A stretch of 54,055 nucleotides of DNA, filler included, from Stramenopiles sp. TOSAG23-3 (GCA_900128585.1; 4 parts of 4 records of this genome joined end to end with filler, not necessarily neighbours in it); one strand, 5' to 3'; positions 1 through 11,233 are shown, counted from the first letter of the whole stretch. The notes: generated from the letters alone by a model not told the origin. Numbers and translations: made by a program.

Positions 1-135
1 AAGAAGAAGAAGAACAAAGAAGAAGAAAGAAGAAAGAAGAGGAAGAAAAAGAAAGAAGAAGAGGAAGAAGAAGAAAAAGAAAGAAGAAAAAGAAAGAAGA
101 AGAGGAAGAAGAAGAAAGAAGAAGAAGACAGAAGA
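1..135. repeat. (GAA)n-type purine-rich microsatellite at contig start
   Basis: Nearly pure A/G run of aag/gaa triplets seen directly. Confidence 0.95.
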
Positions 136-439
136 GAGCAGTAGTGATGTGTGGTGTGTGTGTTGTGGTGATGGAGGATGATCATTACGCGTAAAAGATA
201 TAGAAAAAAGAAGAAGAAGATAAATAACAAGAAGAAGAAAAGAAGGAAGGACGCAAAACCGACATCATAGTGTACAATAGTATAGACGACTAATAATATT
301 ATTATATACTATTAATATTATAACTACGAGGAAAATAGCCAATAATATAACAACACGACGAAAAAATAAAAGAAAGACCAGAGAATCAGGTATCAGAAGA
401 AGAAGAGTGGCGTCGGTCAGTATAATAGTCTAATAAATA

Positions 440-563
440 AGAAGAAGAAGAAAGAAGAAGTAGAAGAAGAAGAAGAAGAAAGAAGAAGAAGAAGAAGAAG
501 AAGAAGAAGAAGAAGAAGAAGAAGAAGAAGAAGAAGAAGAGAAGAAAGAAGAAGAAGAAAAAG
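440..563. repeat. (GAA)n microsatellite
   Basis: Long near-perfect gaagaagaa run. Confidence 0.95.
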
Positions 564-780
564 ATAATAATAATATTTAATTTTATTAATATAGAGTTGG
601 TAATACAGTAAATAATAAATAAAGAGAATAACAAAAATATAGAAAATTGTATAAGAAGAAAAGAATGGTATATATATTTAAAGGAATTAATAATGAATTT
701 TTTTTCTATTCGTTTATTTGTCCAATTGCAACGTCTTGGCACATCTGTGATTTTTTTGTACGACGAGTTGAACGAACGAG

Positions 781-2259
781 ATGAAGAAGCAGGTGGAACT
801 GTTTTCTGCGATTCTTTTGTTGGCGATGGTCGCTGTGGTCCGTGGGGACGTGGCCGGGGTCAAGACTGTGGACCAGACCAAGTACACGAGCCAATCATTT
901 ATTTGCGATGAAAAGATGATCCCGTCCGCAAAAGTCAACGATGACTACTGCGATTGTGTAGATGGGACCGATGAGCCTGGGACGTCGGCTTGCGAAAACT
1001 CCAAGTTTTGGTGCGAGAACACCGGGTACCTTGGAAAGTACATTTATAGTAGCCGTGTCAACGACGGCTTATGCGACTGCTGCGACGGCTCCGACGAAAA
1101 CGTCAACGAGAACGTGGTGGCCTGCGCGAACACGTGCTGGGAGGAAGGTGAAGAGTACCGAAAGCAACAGGACGCGGAGAAGGCGAGGCGGGAGGCGGGG
1201 GCGTTGAAGAAGCAGGAGTACATCGAGAGTGCGAAGCGTATTGTGGAGGAGAACAAGGAGAAGGCCAACATCCTGCGAACGGAGGTCGGGGGCATGGAAA
1301 CGAAGCTTGAGGCCGCAAGGACGGCGAAAGCTGCCCAGGAACAGCTGGAACAGGACGAAATGCTGCTGAGGCAAGCGACGGGGTACAACGACCTGATCAA
1401 CGCTTTGCGGTTGGACGAAATGTCAATCGAGAAGATGCAGATGCTGGTCATTGACTTTGCGCGAAAGGTGGAGAAAGAGCACGAGCTCGTCGAGATGCTG
1501 CGCTCCTCGCTTGGGAACGAAAACATACCGAAGGAGGAGGAATCCACGACCGTCGCCGTGGGCGCGAACGGGGACAGCGCAGAAGCCCCGGCCGGTGGGG
1601 AATCCAATTTTGACATTTCAACACTGGACATTGATAATTTGTCCAGCGATGAGCTGTTAGAAGCCGCGGACAGAATCCTTGCGGACACGCAGAAAACCAT
1701 CGATACCGCGGAAACCGGTAGCAATGCAGAGGAGGCTCCGGCCGCAGAGGAAACGGAGGCCGCCGCGGAGGAGGAGACGCCCGAGCAGAAAACAAGGAAG
1801 CTGTTCGACAAGCACGTTGACACGGGCGAGCACACCCACGAAGGGGCAGTCCAAGCGAGGTCGGAAGTGACTACGCTAGAGACCGATTTGGAGTCGAAAA
1901 AGAAAGCGTTGGAGGCCCTGGACGACGACGACCTGAGCAAGTATGGCCCCAACCTGGAGTTCCTTGCATTGAAAGACGAATGTTTTGAAAAATCGTTCCA
2001 AGGATACAAGTACAGCTTCTGCTTTTTTGGCAACGCAAAGCAGGATTTCAACAGCCTGGGAAACATGAACAGCCTGGGGGAGATGGAAGCGGATGGGACC
2101 ATGACTGTCAAGTTTACCGACGGGGCCAGGTGCTGGAACGGGCCAGCCCGGTCGCTCCACGTAGCCCTGCAATGTGGCGGAGAGAACGAAATGCTGGACG
2201 TGTACGAACCAACGGTGTGCGAGTACCACATGAAGTTCACCACCCCCGCCGTGTGCTAA
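781..2259 (+). CDS. PRKCSH: Glucosidase II beta subunit (PRKCSH family)
   Basis: Signal peptide; LDLa-like G2B motifs VNDDYCDCVDGTDEPGTSAC and SRVNDGLCDCCDGSDE; acidic coiled coil; C-terminal MRH domain (YKYSFCFF, GARCWNGPARS, EPTVCEY). Confidence 0.95.
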   Translation: MKKQVELFSAILLLAMVAVVRGDVAGVKTVDQTKYTSQSFICDEKMIPSAKVNDDYCDCVDGTDEPGTSACENSKFWCENTGYLGKYIYSSRVNDGLCDCCDGSDENVNENVVACANTCWEEGEEYRKQQDAEKARREAGALKKQEYIESAKRIVEENKEKANILRTEVGGMETKLEAARTAKAAQEQLEQDEMLLRQATGYNDLINALRLDEMSIEKMQMLVIDFARKVEKEHELVEMLRSSLGNENIPKEEESTTVAVGANGDSAEAPAGGESNFDISTLDIDNLSSDELLEAADRILADTQKTIDTAETGSNAEEAPAAEETEAAAEEETPEQKTRKLFDKHVDTGEHTHEGAVQARSEVTTLETDLESKKKALEALDDDDLSKYGPNLEFLALKDECFEKSFQGYKYSFCFFGNAKQDFNSLGNMNSLGEMEADGTMTVKFTDGARCWNGPARSLHVALQCGGENEMLDVYEPTVCEYHMKFTTPAVC

Positions 2260-2405
2260 ATGTGAAAACGGGTCGGCAAGAACGAGCGAGGGCGCTCGCA
2301 GGTATCGCGTACGTATCATTAAACGAATACTCTCCCGGAAGGACGTTAACTTTTTAATAAGAATTAATTTTTTTAATTTCAGTGTACCACAGACAGCGCA
2401 CAACC

Positions 2406-3650
2406 TCACTTCTTGATCTCGGGGGACAACTTTAGAACCATCCTTTTGTCGCCGCGAAGAACGGTTATATCGAACTGCTTCTTCAGCAGTATGTTTGCGT
2501 GCAAGGCATCGTAAAAATGTTTTGTCGAAGAAATGGTCTGTTTTTCAAACTTAACGACGATGTCGCCGGGTTGGAGCCCTGCACTGTCTGCCGGTGACTT
2601 AGGCAGAACCTGCAAGATTAATACGCCCGAATGGACGTCGTGCGGGAAAGTTTTGGACATGGCCTTTTCACGGCTGACTACGGCTGGGTTCAGGGCGATA
2701 AATCGAAGCCCGACAAACGGGCGGACCACGCGGCGAGACTTCCTCAACTGCTTTACGATGGACCACGCCGTGTCGATGGGGATTGCGAATCCGATCGAAC
2801 CTCCAACTGCGCCGGTACCGGCCAAAACCATGCGATTAATCCCAACCACTTCGCCGTCCAAGTTCACCAACGGCCCCCCACTATTCCCAGGATTTATTGT
2901 TGCGTCCGTTTGTATGTACTCTTCGGACTCGCGGGACATCCCGAGCTCGGAGGAGTGCCGCCCGAGAGAACTGACTATGCCATGGGTAGCTGTGTTGCAC
3001 AGCCCTACCGGAGACCCCAGGGCGACCACCCACTCACCATGCCGCAGCTTACTGCTACTTCCCAATTTCATAGTGGGGAACACCGTCCCCTTGCTATCCT
3101 TTATTTTTAGCAACGCAATATCCGAAACTTTGTCGTGGCTGTGCAGCGCGGCTTCTAGTACACGCCCATCGCTCAGTTGAATGATGAACTTTCGAGCGTT
3201 CGGCGAGAATCGAAGCGCGCTTTCCACTACATGGCTGTTCGTGATTATGTACCCGTCAGATGAAACGATGAACCCACTGCCTGTGCCCATCGTTTGGGCT
3301 TCGGTACTGAATGGCCCTGTTATGACCGCAACTTTAATATTTACCAACCCGGGGAGAGCCTTTTCAATAGCGTCGACGAATATGTTTGGGCTAAAGTACT
3401 TCCCAGCGTCCGAGATCTTGTTTCCGTCGCAAAACGCCACGCTCTCCTTCGCATCAACGCCATCAGAGCAGCTGTACGCCAGCCCCCCCATTCCAACCCC
3501 AGCGAACAACACGCAACGGCTGAACCGGTCCCCCGAATCCGTGGTACCACCAACAACCCTACTAAACGTTCTTCTGAACTTCCCCTGCCGACCCAGTCCC
3601 GGTCGGCCCATCCTTTTCACTACACTCCGTGCGGTAAGGCGCAAGAACAT
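2406..3650 (-). CDS. HtrA/DegP-family serine protease with PDZ domain, probably mitochondrial (HTRA2-like)
   Basis: GSGFIV, TNSHVV (His), SDIAL (Asp), IQTDATINPGNSGGPL (Ser); C-terminal PDZ (SPADSAGLQPGDIV). Start placed at MFLRLTARS (3650), which reads like an Arg-rich mitochondrial presequence; the open frame extends to 3734. Confidence 0.93.
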   Translation of the reverse strand: MFLRLTARSVVKRMGRPGLGRQGKFRRTFSRVVGGTTDSGDRFSRCVLFAGVGMGGLAYSCSDGVDAKESVAFCDGNKISDAGKYFSPNIFVDAIEKALPGLVNIKVAVITGPFSTEAQTMGTGSGFIVSSDGYIITNSHVVESALRFSPNARKFIIQLSDGRVLEAALHSHDKVSDIALLKIKDSKGTVFPTMKLGSSSKLRHGEWVVALGSPVGLCNTATHGIVSSLGRHSSELGMSRESEEYIQTDATINPGNSGGPLVNLDGEVVGINRMVLAGTGAVGGSIGFAIPIDTAWSIVKQLRKSRRVVRPFVGLRFIALNPAVVSREKAMSKTFPHDVHSGVLILQVLPKSPADSAGLQPGDIVVKFEKQTISSTKHFYDALHANILLKKQFDITVLRGDKRMVLKLSPEIKK

Positions 3651-4117
3651 TCTAAGTAGCGTTCTGGGCAATAGCCAATGCACCGTGGAAAAATCATGTC
3701 TTCCTGCTTCTGGAAAACCTTTTTTCGCATGCACACTTTATAACTCCTGTTTTCGTTCTCCTTCGCGACGAAAGAAATGCGACGAGAAATAAAAATTACA
3801 TCACAATAATTATTATACATATATACTTATCTTATTAATATTACGTAATAAAAAGAATAATCTTTTTTTTTTTTCACATTCTTCTTCTCTTCTTCTTCTT
3901 CTTGCTTCTTCTCAGTCCAACTATATAAAAAATGTATTTATTGTATTATATGCTATGGTCCTCCTAATTTAATATGTAAGGATAAGAAGAAGAACAACAA
4001 CAAGAACAAGAAGAAGAAGAACAAGAACAAAAAAGAAAGAAAAAAAAATACAACAACAACAACAAATTCTAAACACAAAGAAAAGAAAACCTTAATTATT
4101 TATCACCAAGAAATATC

Positions 4118-4118
<1 letters not shown>

Positions 4119-4186
<68 letters not shown>
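4119..4186. repeat. (CTTT)n microsatellite
   Basis: Perfect tetranucleotide run. Confidence 0.95.
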
Positions 4187-4410
4187 TCTCTTCTCCACCT
4201 TCTCCCCTCCGTCGTCCGCCCTGCCCTCCCTAACTGTCCTCCATCTCTTCTATATGTACATTATTACATTACACATTCACGATTGATTGAAAACAAAATA
4301 TCTTCGGAACGATTGTGTTCAGTTTGACTTTTAATGCAACGTATGACAAGAAGAAAGCCAGTTTCTTTCCACACCTGTCTTTTTTTCATCGCGATTCATG
4401 TTAGTTAGTC

Positions 4411-4842
4411 ATGAACGAGAAGCCCCCGATTATTAACGAGCGGCTTCGCCGGGCAGACGCCGCAAAAACACTGCGCAGGATGGGATATTTGCGGCTCTTT
4501 ACGTACGGTTCGACCGCGGGGATGGCGGGTTATTTTCTGTTTCTTCATGAGTTCAAAGATCCTACAACGGGACAACCGTACGAGCACGTCTTTTCCCCTC
4601 TGAGGCGCTTGTTTTGGAGACAAGCGGATAGAGTGCTGGGTGTCAGAACCGAGGAAGACGGCTTGGACGGTGCGAACGAAAGACCCACTGTCGATGAGCC
4701 AACGCCACAAAATAGCCGGCTTGTAACCCCCGCCGAATTGAAACAAATGCGCGACTCCGGGATGTCGCGTGATGAAATACTCATGCGTGCATCCACCCGG
4801 TATGAACTCTCCAAGTCGGAAATGGGACCCGGTCGTAAATAA
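4411..4842 (+). CDS. Small hypothetical protein with one hydrophobic segment
   Basis: 143-aa ATG-started ORF in a GC-richer island between AT-rich intergenic tracts; hydrophobic stretch LFTYGSTAGMAGYFLFL followed by EHVFSPLRR. Confidence 0.75.
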   Translation: MNEKPPIINERLRRADAAKTLRRMGYLRLFTYGSTAGMAGYFLFLHEFKDPTTGQPYEHVFSPLRRLFWRQADRVLGVRTEEDGLDGANERPTVDEPTPQNSRLVTPAELKQMRDSGMSRDEILMRASTRYELSKSEMGPGRK

Positions 4843-5111
4843 ACCGCGGAGCCGGGACGTGGAGATTTATTAAGAGTGTTGCAGGTGAGCGCCTGTTGGT
4901 AGAAACGTACTTGTTGAATTTGTGAGGGAAAAAAACAACAATACGAAACGAAAAGTAGAATATTTTTGAATGTAAAACATACTATATCATTAGTTTTTTT
5001 TGAATGTGTACAAAGTGTAAGAAAAAAACCAAAATATATAGTAGTGTAAGAAATATTTAGTTTTTAATCATTTGTATTTGCCTTCCTCTTTTTCGGGCGC
5101 CCCCCATCTCC

Positions 5112-7058
5112 TCACGAACAATGGTTAAAGAATTGCTTGCCCATCGCCCGTGTTACAGCGTCCGGGAGCCGGTACACATTTCGACCAGAAAAAGCCAAAT
5201 TTTCCTGCTCCAGTAGCGAAGTCTCATTTTCATAACTCGTTTCGTGGCGATCCACCTCAGGCGATTCCCCAATTCGTTTAACCATGTTGTAGTCGCGACC
5301 ATACCTAGACACTATAGCCGCATAAGATTTGACCTTGTGCGTAGCCCAAAACGATACGGGCACGCACTGAACCACCTCTCCCAGAAGCATTGATAAGTCT
5401 TGGCTAAATTTCAGCGACTTGATGGCACTCCTTTGGGTGCGCATTTCAGCCAGCCATGCCAAGCATTCACAAAACTCTACAAACGTACAACGATTAAAAA
5501 TTTCTGACTCTTGGGCGGAGTGTTTCACTTCTATTTCGTCTGTTTTGATCATTTGACTAAAAGAAAAAGCGCACCGGAGCGTTTCCAGAGAAATGCCGCT
5601 TCTTGCCGTCAGCAATCCACCCTTGCGCATCATGTCGTAGAACTCTTCGAACGCCATCTGCGGGTTTACACGCTCCCCAACAATCCCCAATCGTCTTTGG
5701 GTAATACTTGCGTTGTACAAAAACAAAGTGTACAATTTGTTTACGTGCGAAATAAACATATCGTTGGTTTCCTCCGTGTAAAGCCTTCGGTAACGGAAGG
5801 AATTTGGGTTCGCAAACCACCAACCTTTGTGGACTCCTACCCAGCCTTTCATGAATACAACATGTTCTGTGAGCCGCTGCAGGTTTTCTGGCAGGGAATC
5901 AGATGGCATGTTCATGGCGATTTTCAACATAACTTCCATAAACTCGTACCGTTCCAGCGCGCCTTTGACATCTTTGTCTAAATCGACCTCATCGTCTGCT
6001 AGTCCCATGTCCAACATATCCTCGTTTTCGGCGCCATCTCCCGGTCCATCTTCTGCCACGCCCTCCTCTTCCGTCGCTGTTTTCGGCATATTCACCCCAA
6101 CCAATACCAAGTGCTGTCTCGGGAGCTCCAGGGAGCGTAGCAGTTTGTGGAGCGTTTTCCGTTCCATCGAGTATATGTGTGTGTGGTCTCCGACGCAGGA
6201 ATAGTAACGGTAGAGAGATACCAGTGCTGGGTAGAACGGTCTCAGTTCTCTAAATGCCCTTTCGGTAAGGGGTTTAATCATCTGGGGGTTTTCAACATGG
6301 TGCTTCCAATCCAAGGAAAGGAGTTTGCTGAGACACTCTGGGGAATCAAAATAATCTCTGCTGTCACACTCGTATGGCCTCGGCTGAACAACGCTTAGCG
6401 GGCGTACCGTTGCTCTGCTAGAGCTGTTTTCCTCTGTTTCTGCGTTCGGTGGCGTCCGCATTCTTCGTGGCGACAGTCGGGGAGAGTACGCTGCTTTCTC
6501 TGACGGGGAAACGGGGTACGATTGTCGTGGTACTGTCCCATTGACGGTTGATTCAAGCGCTATCGATGCCAATGGTGGCATGTCCAGCGCTTTGCCGGCA
6601 TCGTCCTCACCCTTGGATTCCTTGTAACCGTCTGTCCCAGAGTACGCCGCAGCCTTCCAATGCGTTATGCTCCCACCAGATTGGTCAAAGTGTATCCATA
6701 CATGGTCCCCCGATTTAAACAAATCCCGTATTTTTGCGTATGGGTCGGATGCTATTTTCTCCGTCTGACCGTCATCTTCCATGTTGATCATCTCCGGGAG
6801 AGCGTCCGCTTGGCTTCCGAGCATAGGTTCTCGAGCTCGAACGCGCCCGGACCGTTTCCTGAGCATTTTCATGCGCCCTTGCGCCGCCATGGCCAACCAC
6901 TTCAGGCTTTGCCGGCCCTCTCCCACATGAAGGGTTATCGTGTGGTCGTTAGGATCGTTAAACAACGGCTCCTGGTGAGTTCCTATCGAACGCGATGGAT
7001 TATCAGACTTGTCTAAGAGATGAAGGTACAGCTTAATGCCATATGCCCCTGCGCTCAT
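5112..7058 (-). CDS. Hypothetical protein: N-terminal Par3/HAL-N-like (ubiquitin-fold) segment plus degenerate EF-hand-like helical repeats
   Basis: Long ORF, start MSAGAY at 7058. ITLHVGEGRQSLKWLAMAAQGRM resembles Par3/HAL N-terminal-type motifs. LERYEFMEVMLKIA, FEEFYDMM and FVEFCECLAWLA resemble degenerate EF-hand helices. Domain calls are tentative. Confidence 0.7.
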   Translation of the reverse strand: MSAGAYGIKLYLHLLDKSDNPSRSIGTHQEPLFNDPNDHTITLHVGEGRQSLKWLAMAAQGRMKMLRKRSGRVRAREPMLGSQADALPEMINMEDDGQTEKIASDPYAKIRDLFKSGDHVWIHFDQSGGSITHWKAAAYSGTDGYKESKGEDDAGKALDMPPLASIALESTVNGTVPRQSYPVSPSEKAAYSPRLSPRRMRTPPNAETEENSSSRATVRPLSVVQPRPYECDSRDYFDSPECLSKLLSLDWKHHVENPQMIKPLTERAFRELRPFYPALVSLYRYYSCVGDHTHIYSMERKTLHKLLRSLELPRQHLVLVGVNMPKTATEEEGVAEDGPGDGAENEDMLDMGLADDEVDLDKDVKGALERYEFMEVMLKIAMNMPSDSLPENLQRLTEHVVFMKGWVGVHKGWWFANPNSFRYRRLYTEETNDMFISHVNKLYTLFLYNASITQRRLGIVGERVNPQMAFEEFYDMMRKGGLLTARSGISLETLRCAFSFSQMIKTDEIEVKHSAQESEIFNRCTFVEFCECLAWLAEMRTQRSAIKSLKFSQDLSMLLGEVVQCVPVSFWATHKVKSYAAIVSRYGRDYNMVKRIGESPEVDRHETSYENETSLLEQENLAFSGRNVYRLPDAVTRAMGKQFFNHCS

Positions 7059-7874
7059 CCTATATCTACGATTATATATATGTATAGAAGATTTAACCAC
7101 AATGCGCTGTCTAATCACCGCTATTCCTAACTTGTCCAATTATACAGATGGATCATCAAACTACGCAATCGTTGTATGAATTGAAAAACAAATATTTTCA
7201 CCCACTCTCTTGTGGTGCATAATTCATTTTAAAAAAATTAATTCTATATATATATTTGTTTATTTATATTTTCTTATTATTGTTTTTTTTTTGTGAGTGA
7301 ACGAATATATGGTAACTGTACCTACCTACCGTAGAGAGAGTATAAGATTATTATAATATAAAATAAGTTGAAAATGAAAAAAGAAGAAGACAAATAGTTC
7401 AACGATATTACTGTATAGTATACTATTATTTGGTAGTTGTATCTACTTCTTTTTGTTCCTATATATATTTGTACCGGTACCTGGTTGTGACTGTGGTATT
7501 AATATTAATATTATAGCAATAGCATCAATGTCGCAAAAAACGGACAAACAGACTACAACAAATTAAACACCTGCAGAATACCACCAAGGAGTAAAATCAC
7601 AACAACAAAAATAATAATATATAATACTGGTAGGTATAGTAAAAGAAATACTACTACTACCAACAACCGCAAGTCTTGACTTGGCGAGGTATTTTTGTCT
7701 TTAACAAGAAGGTCCTGTCCGATACAGTTCAACTAACTTGTTATAGATTAATGTTCTAGAGAAACATTGTCCTAATTAATAACAATTTACACTATTCCCT
7801 AATACGATCGATTGTCAACCGTTTGTTCCTCCAGACTATCGTATTTTACCCTAACTTCACGAACGTCGGTAGTC

Positions 7875-9188
7875 ATGGGTGGGGGTGCGAGCTTGTTCAA
7901 GCGCAAGAAAGTTGCGCCAGCGGCGTACAAGCTGAAGAAAGGGGCGCGGTGGTCCCCTAAAATGTACGCGTCCACAGAAGGAAATGCATCCTTGCCGGTT
8001 GTTACTGAAAATATCCTTCAAGATTGGGAATTAAAAGAGCAGCTGGGGATCGGGTCCACGAGCACAGTGTACAAGTGCGTCTCCAAAGCACAGCCCGACC
8101 TTTCGTGCGCCTGCAAGGTCATTAACAAACGAAAGCTTGGGGTTGGGAAAGCGCGGCAGGAGGCAATGATCAAGCTTGCAAAAAACGAGGTAGATCTGAT
8201 GGCTAGGTTAGACCACGAGTGTATTGTGCGGCTGTTGGGCTCATACGAGACGCAGAAGGATCTGTATGTTGTGACCGAGCTCATGACGGGAGGCGAGCTT
8301 CTTGACGTAATTATGGACGTAGGCGTGTTGAGTGATACGGACGCCCTGAAAGTCGTTCGTCGGATAGGAGCAGGAGTCTTGCACTTGCACAAGATTGGGA
8401 TCATGCATAGAGACATCAAACCGGAAAACATATTATTAAAAACCAAAGAGGATCTAAACAGTGTAAAATTAATAGACTTTGGGCTCTCAAAAGACGCCAG
8501 TACGACGAAGAGCTTCATCGGAACCCAGGGATATTTGGCTCCAGAAATGAGTGTGAACCGTCGGCAGTACACTCCTGCCGTCGATATGTGGGCCTTGGGT
8601 GTCACCATGTACGCCGTGATGACTGGCCACCTACCATTCGACGACGACCAAGAGGCAGAAAATCAAAAGACAGGGAAGATCCAAGCGTCGTTCCCTAGTG
8701 ATATGTGGGCTGGAAGAGATCCTCGGGCCATTGATTGCATAAAAAAGCTGCTTCTCTTGGACCCAAAGAAGAGACTGAGTGCGGAACAGCTGTGCAACCA
8801 CCAATGGCTGTTGAGGGGGCTTGTTGTGGACGAAGGAAAGGAAGATTCTGCTCGCCAAGTCCGTTCGATGACCTTCACAGCGGCCCCAGAAGACCCTGCC
8901 ATAAAGGAAATGTTGAAAAACACACAAGTCTCTGGGAGCAATACCTCCACCCCTCCCAACGCTGCCAAACCAAATAGCCCCTACGTAGTCTCCACGGAGC
9001 AGCCAACAGCAACAGCAGTGGCAACAGCGACCCCCGCGAAAACTGAAACGCCCGGCACCACCGCCACCAGTCCAGGTACGAATGAGGCGGGCACCCCGAC
9101 GAAAGATGCATCCCCCAGTCCTTCGGGCACATCGCTGACGCCTGCTAGCAACGACGTGCCAGCAACGGCAGCTGCAGTAGTTAGTTGA
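7875..9188 (+). CDS. CAMK-group Ser/Thr protein kinase with N-myristoylation motif and low-complexity T/P/A/S tail
   Basis: LGIGSTSTV, ACKVI, HRDIKPEN, DFG, GTQGYLAPE, DMWALGV. First ATG gives MGGGASLFKRKK (Gly2, Ser6 plus polybasic). Confidence 0.95.
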   Translation: MGGGASLFKRKKVAPAAYKLKKGARWSPKMYASTEGNASLPVVTENILQDWELKEQLGIGSTSTVYKCVSKAQPDLSCACKVINKRKLGVGKARQEAMIKLAKNEVDLMARLDHECIVRLLGSYETQKDLYVVTELMTGGELLDVIMDVGVLSDTDALKVVRRIGAGVLHLHKIGIMHRDIKPENILLKTKEDLNSVKLIDFGLSKDASTTKSFIGTQGYLAPEMSVNRRQYTPAVDMWALGVTMYAVMTGHLPFDDDQEAENQKTGKIQASFPSDMWAGRDPRAIDCIKKLLLLDPKKRLSAEQLCNHQWLLRGLVVDEGKEDSARQVRSMTFTAAPEDPAIKEMLKNTQVSGSNTSTPPNAAKPNSPYVVSTEQPTATAVATATPAKTETPGTTATSPGTNEAGTPTKDASPSPSGTSLTPASNDVPATAAAVVS

Positions 9189-9874
9189 GTGACAAGTGAC
9201 AATGGTTAGGCGTTAGTTAAATTATATTATAGTCCTCTATCGGTACGGTACTTTGACGACAACAACAAAAACACCAATCAAATGATGGAACATTCCAGTA
9301 GTAGTATAAAAAGTAAAATAAGTACGTATAAGATATATACAAAAGAAAGCAAACATCCTCATTAAACATCAATTTACATGTTACAGGCACATAGCAAAGA
9401 AAACGACGAAGTCGAAGTAAAAATAACGTCCTCTCCTATTGTATTCATATAATATCATGACATTACATTATATTTATAGTAATTATTTTCATTCTCCTAT
9501 TTAAATTCATTGAAGAAGAAGAACGAAATCTGTTATTTTTTTATTATAATTTTTTATTTTTTAAATTATTATTATTTTTATTTTAATAATACATAGAAAT
9601 AGGCTCGTCGGTTTGAGGAGAAGAAGAAGAAGAAAAAGAAAAAAAAAGTGTAGAAACTGTTAATTGTTTGTAATATTGAGTTTGAGTTTCTTGTAATTAC
9701 AAGAATGATCATTGAATGAGATGAGAAACACATGTGCGTGTTTTGTATTTTTTTCATGAAACAGTGAACGAATACAAACATAGATTTTGGGGTATACTTT
9801 GCCCCCGGGATTTCTTTTTTGTGCGTTGCGTGTGGGAGCGTCCGTAGTGCGACTCCCTCTATAGTGCGCCGACC

Positions 9875-11233
9875 ATGGCAAGTGCAGCCGACGCCTACTC
9901 GGAGCGCCCTGCGTCCCGGCCTGGAAGGAGCGAACATTTGAACATTTTGCAGCAGTTTGCGTCTGCGTACGGTGCCAAGCCGACGACGTCGACGCTGAGC
10001 AGTAGTAGCTCATCGCTGCCGGTGGAATATGCGGCGAAAACGGCCGATGAGGAAGACATCCAAGAAGAGCGTTACTCCGTCTACGACGACGACGAGAGCT
10101 GGCCTAGAAAGTTAAGCACGGAGGAATGGGGAAGTGCTGGTGAACTGTTTGAAGCCGTAGAGGTGGGAGATGTTACGAAAACAGAAGATATACTGAAATC
10201 GTTCCCGTCGCTTGCCAACGTCATCCGTTTGTCTCAGGGTTCCGATTTCCCCCTGTATTTGGCCGCGGGGATGGGGGACCTGGCAATGGTGCAACTGTTA
10301 GTAGCGCACTGCTGTAGCGTTCACGCTCGGACCGTCCACGGCCACACCGCGCTGCACGCGGCGGCTTTGTTTGGCCACCCAAACATCGTTCAGTACTTAT
10401 TAGGTTGTGGGCTGGAGGTCAATGCGGTAAACACAGAAGGATTTCCGTTGATCGAGGAAGTATTGGAAGATATTGAATACGATTTGGACGAGTCGGAGGG
10501 CGGACAGAACATGTCCGACCCGCAACTGCTCGAGTGCACTGCCATAGTTCTTTTAGAGAATGGAGCGCACCTCGCCGACCCTGAAATTTATGCTGACAAG
10601 TTTTGTGATGAATATAAAGATGTCGCAGATCCGAGGCTCCAAAAGCTGCTTCTAAAGCAACTGAACCGATTCATGGAAGAAGAGGAAGCACTCGCGAAGC
10701 TCGCGGATGAGCGCGTAGACGAAACGGCCATGCGCCCGAACTCCGATGCCAGTGGTGCTGACGAAGCCAACGATTCCTCTGCCGACGACGTTGCCGAAGG
10801 GAAAACGAAAGAACCCGAGATAGCCGGCAATAAGTTTTCTACCCCTGTCAAAAAGACATCGCCCGTTCGTGGGAAAACGACACGCCTTAGGCGTCGAAAA
10901 TACTCGCAGTCTGCACAGAAAAACGAAGAAGGGAAAGTGTCCCCTATGGCATCGCCAGCAACGACGAAAGCGATTGCCCCGACGCCCCCCGCTCGAAAAA
11001 GCACTTCGAAAAAGGGACCCTCTCGCCCAACGCCAAAGGGTACTCCTGGGTCTTCCAGGACCCCCGTTGCAAGAAAAATCACACCCCCTTCTGCCTCCAA
11101 AAGTAGCAAAAAAAACGGTTCCAGACGCGAGGAACCAGGAGACGATGAGCTTGAAATAAGCTGGGGAGACCAGTTGGCCGAGCACGACAAAGGCTCAAAA
11201 TCTTCCTCGAAAGTAAAGCTTCCACAAATTTGA
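9875..11233 (+). CDS. Ankyrin-repeat protein with Lys/Pro/Ser-rich disordered C-terminus
   Basis: Ankyrin consensus FPLYLAAGMGDLAMVQLLV and GHTALHAAALFGHPNIVQYLL. Confidence 0.9.
   Translation: MASAADAYSERPASRPGRSEHLNILQQFASAYGAKPTTSTLSSSSSSLPVEYAAKTADEEDIQEERYSVYDDDESWPRKLSTEEWGSAGELFEAVEVGDVTKTEDILKSFPSLANVIRLSQGSDFPLYLAAGMGDLAMVQLLVAHCCSVHARTVHGHTALHAAALFGHPNIVQYLLGCGLEVNAVNTEGFPLIEEVLEDIEYDLDESEGGQNMSDPQLLECTAIVLLENGAHLADPEIYADKFCDEYKDVADPRLQKLLLKQLNRFMEEEEALAKLADERVDETAMRPNSDASGADEANDSSADDVAEGKTKEPEIAGNKFSTPVKKTSPVRGKTTRLRRRKYSQSAQKNEEGKVSPMASPATTKAIAPTPPARKSTSKKGPSRPTPKGTPGSSRTPVARKITPPSASKSSKKNGSRREEPGDDELEISWGDQLAEHDKGSKSSSKVKLPQI

Noticed and set aside
386..742. 118-aa poly-Phe/Leu ORF on the minus strand
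   Set aside because: Translation of the (GAA)n microsatellite and AT-rich intergenic DNA.
1044..2243. 399-aa antisense ORF
   Set aside because: In-register shadow of the GC-rich glucosidase II beta CDS; no recognisable motifs.
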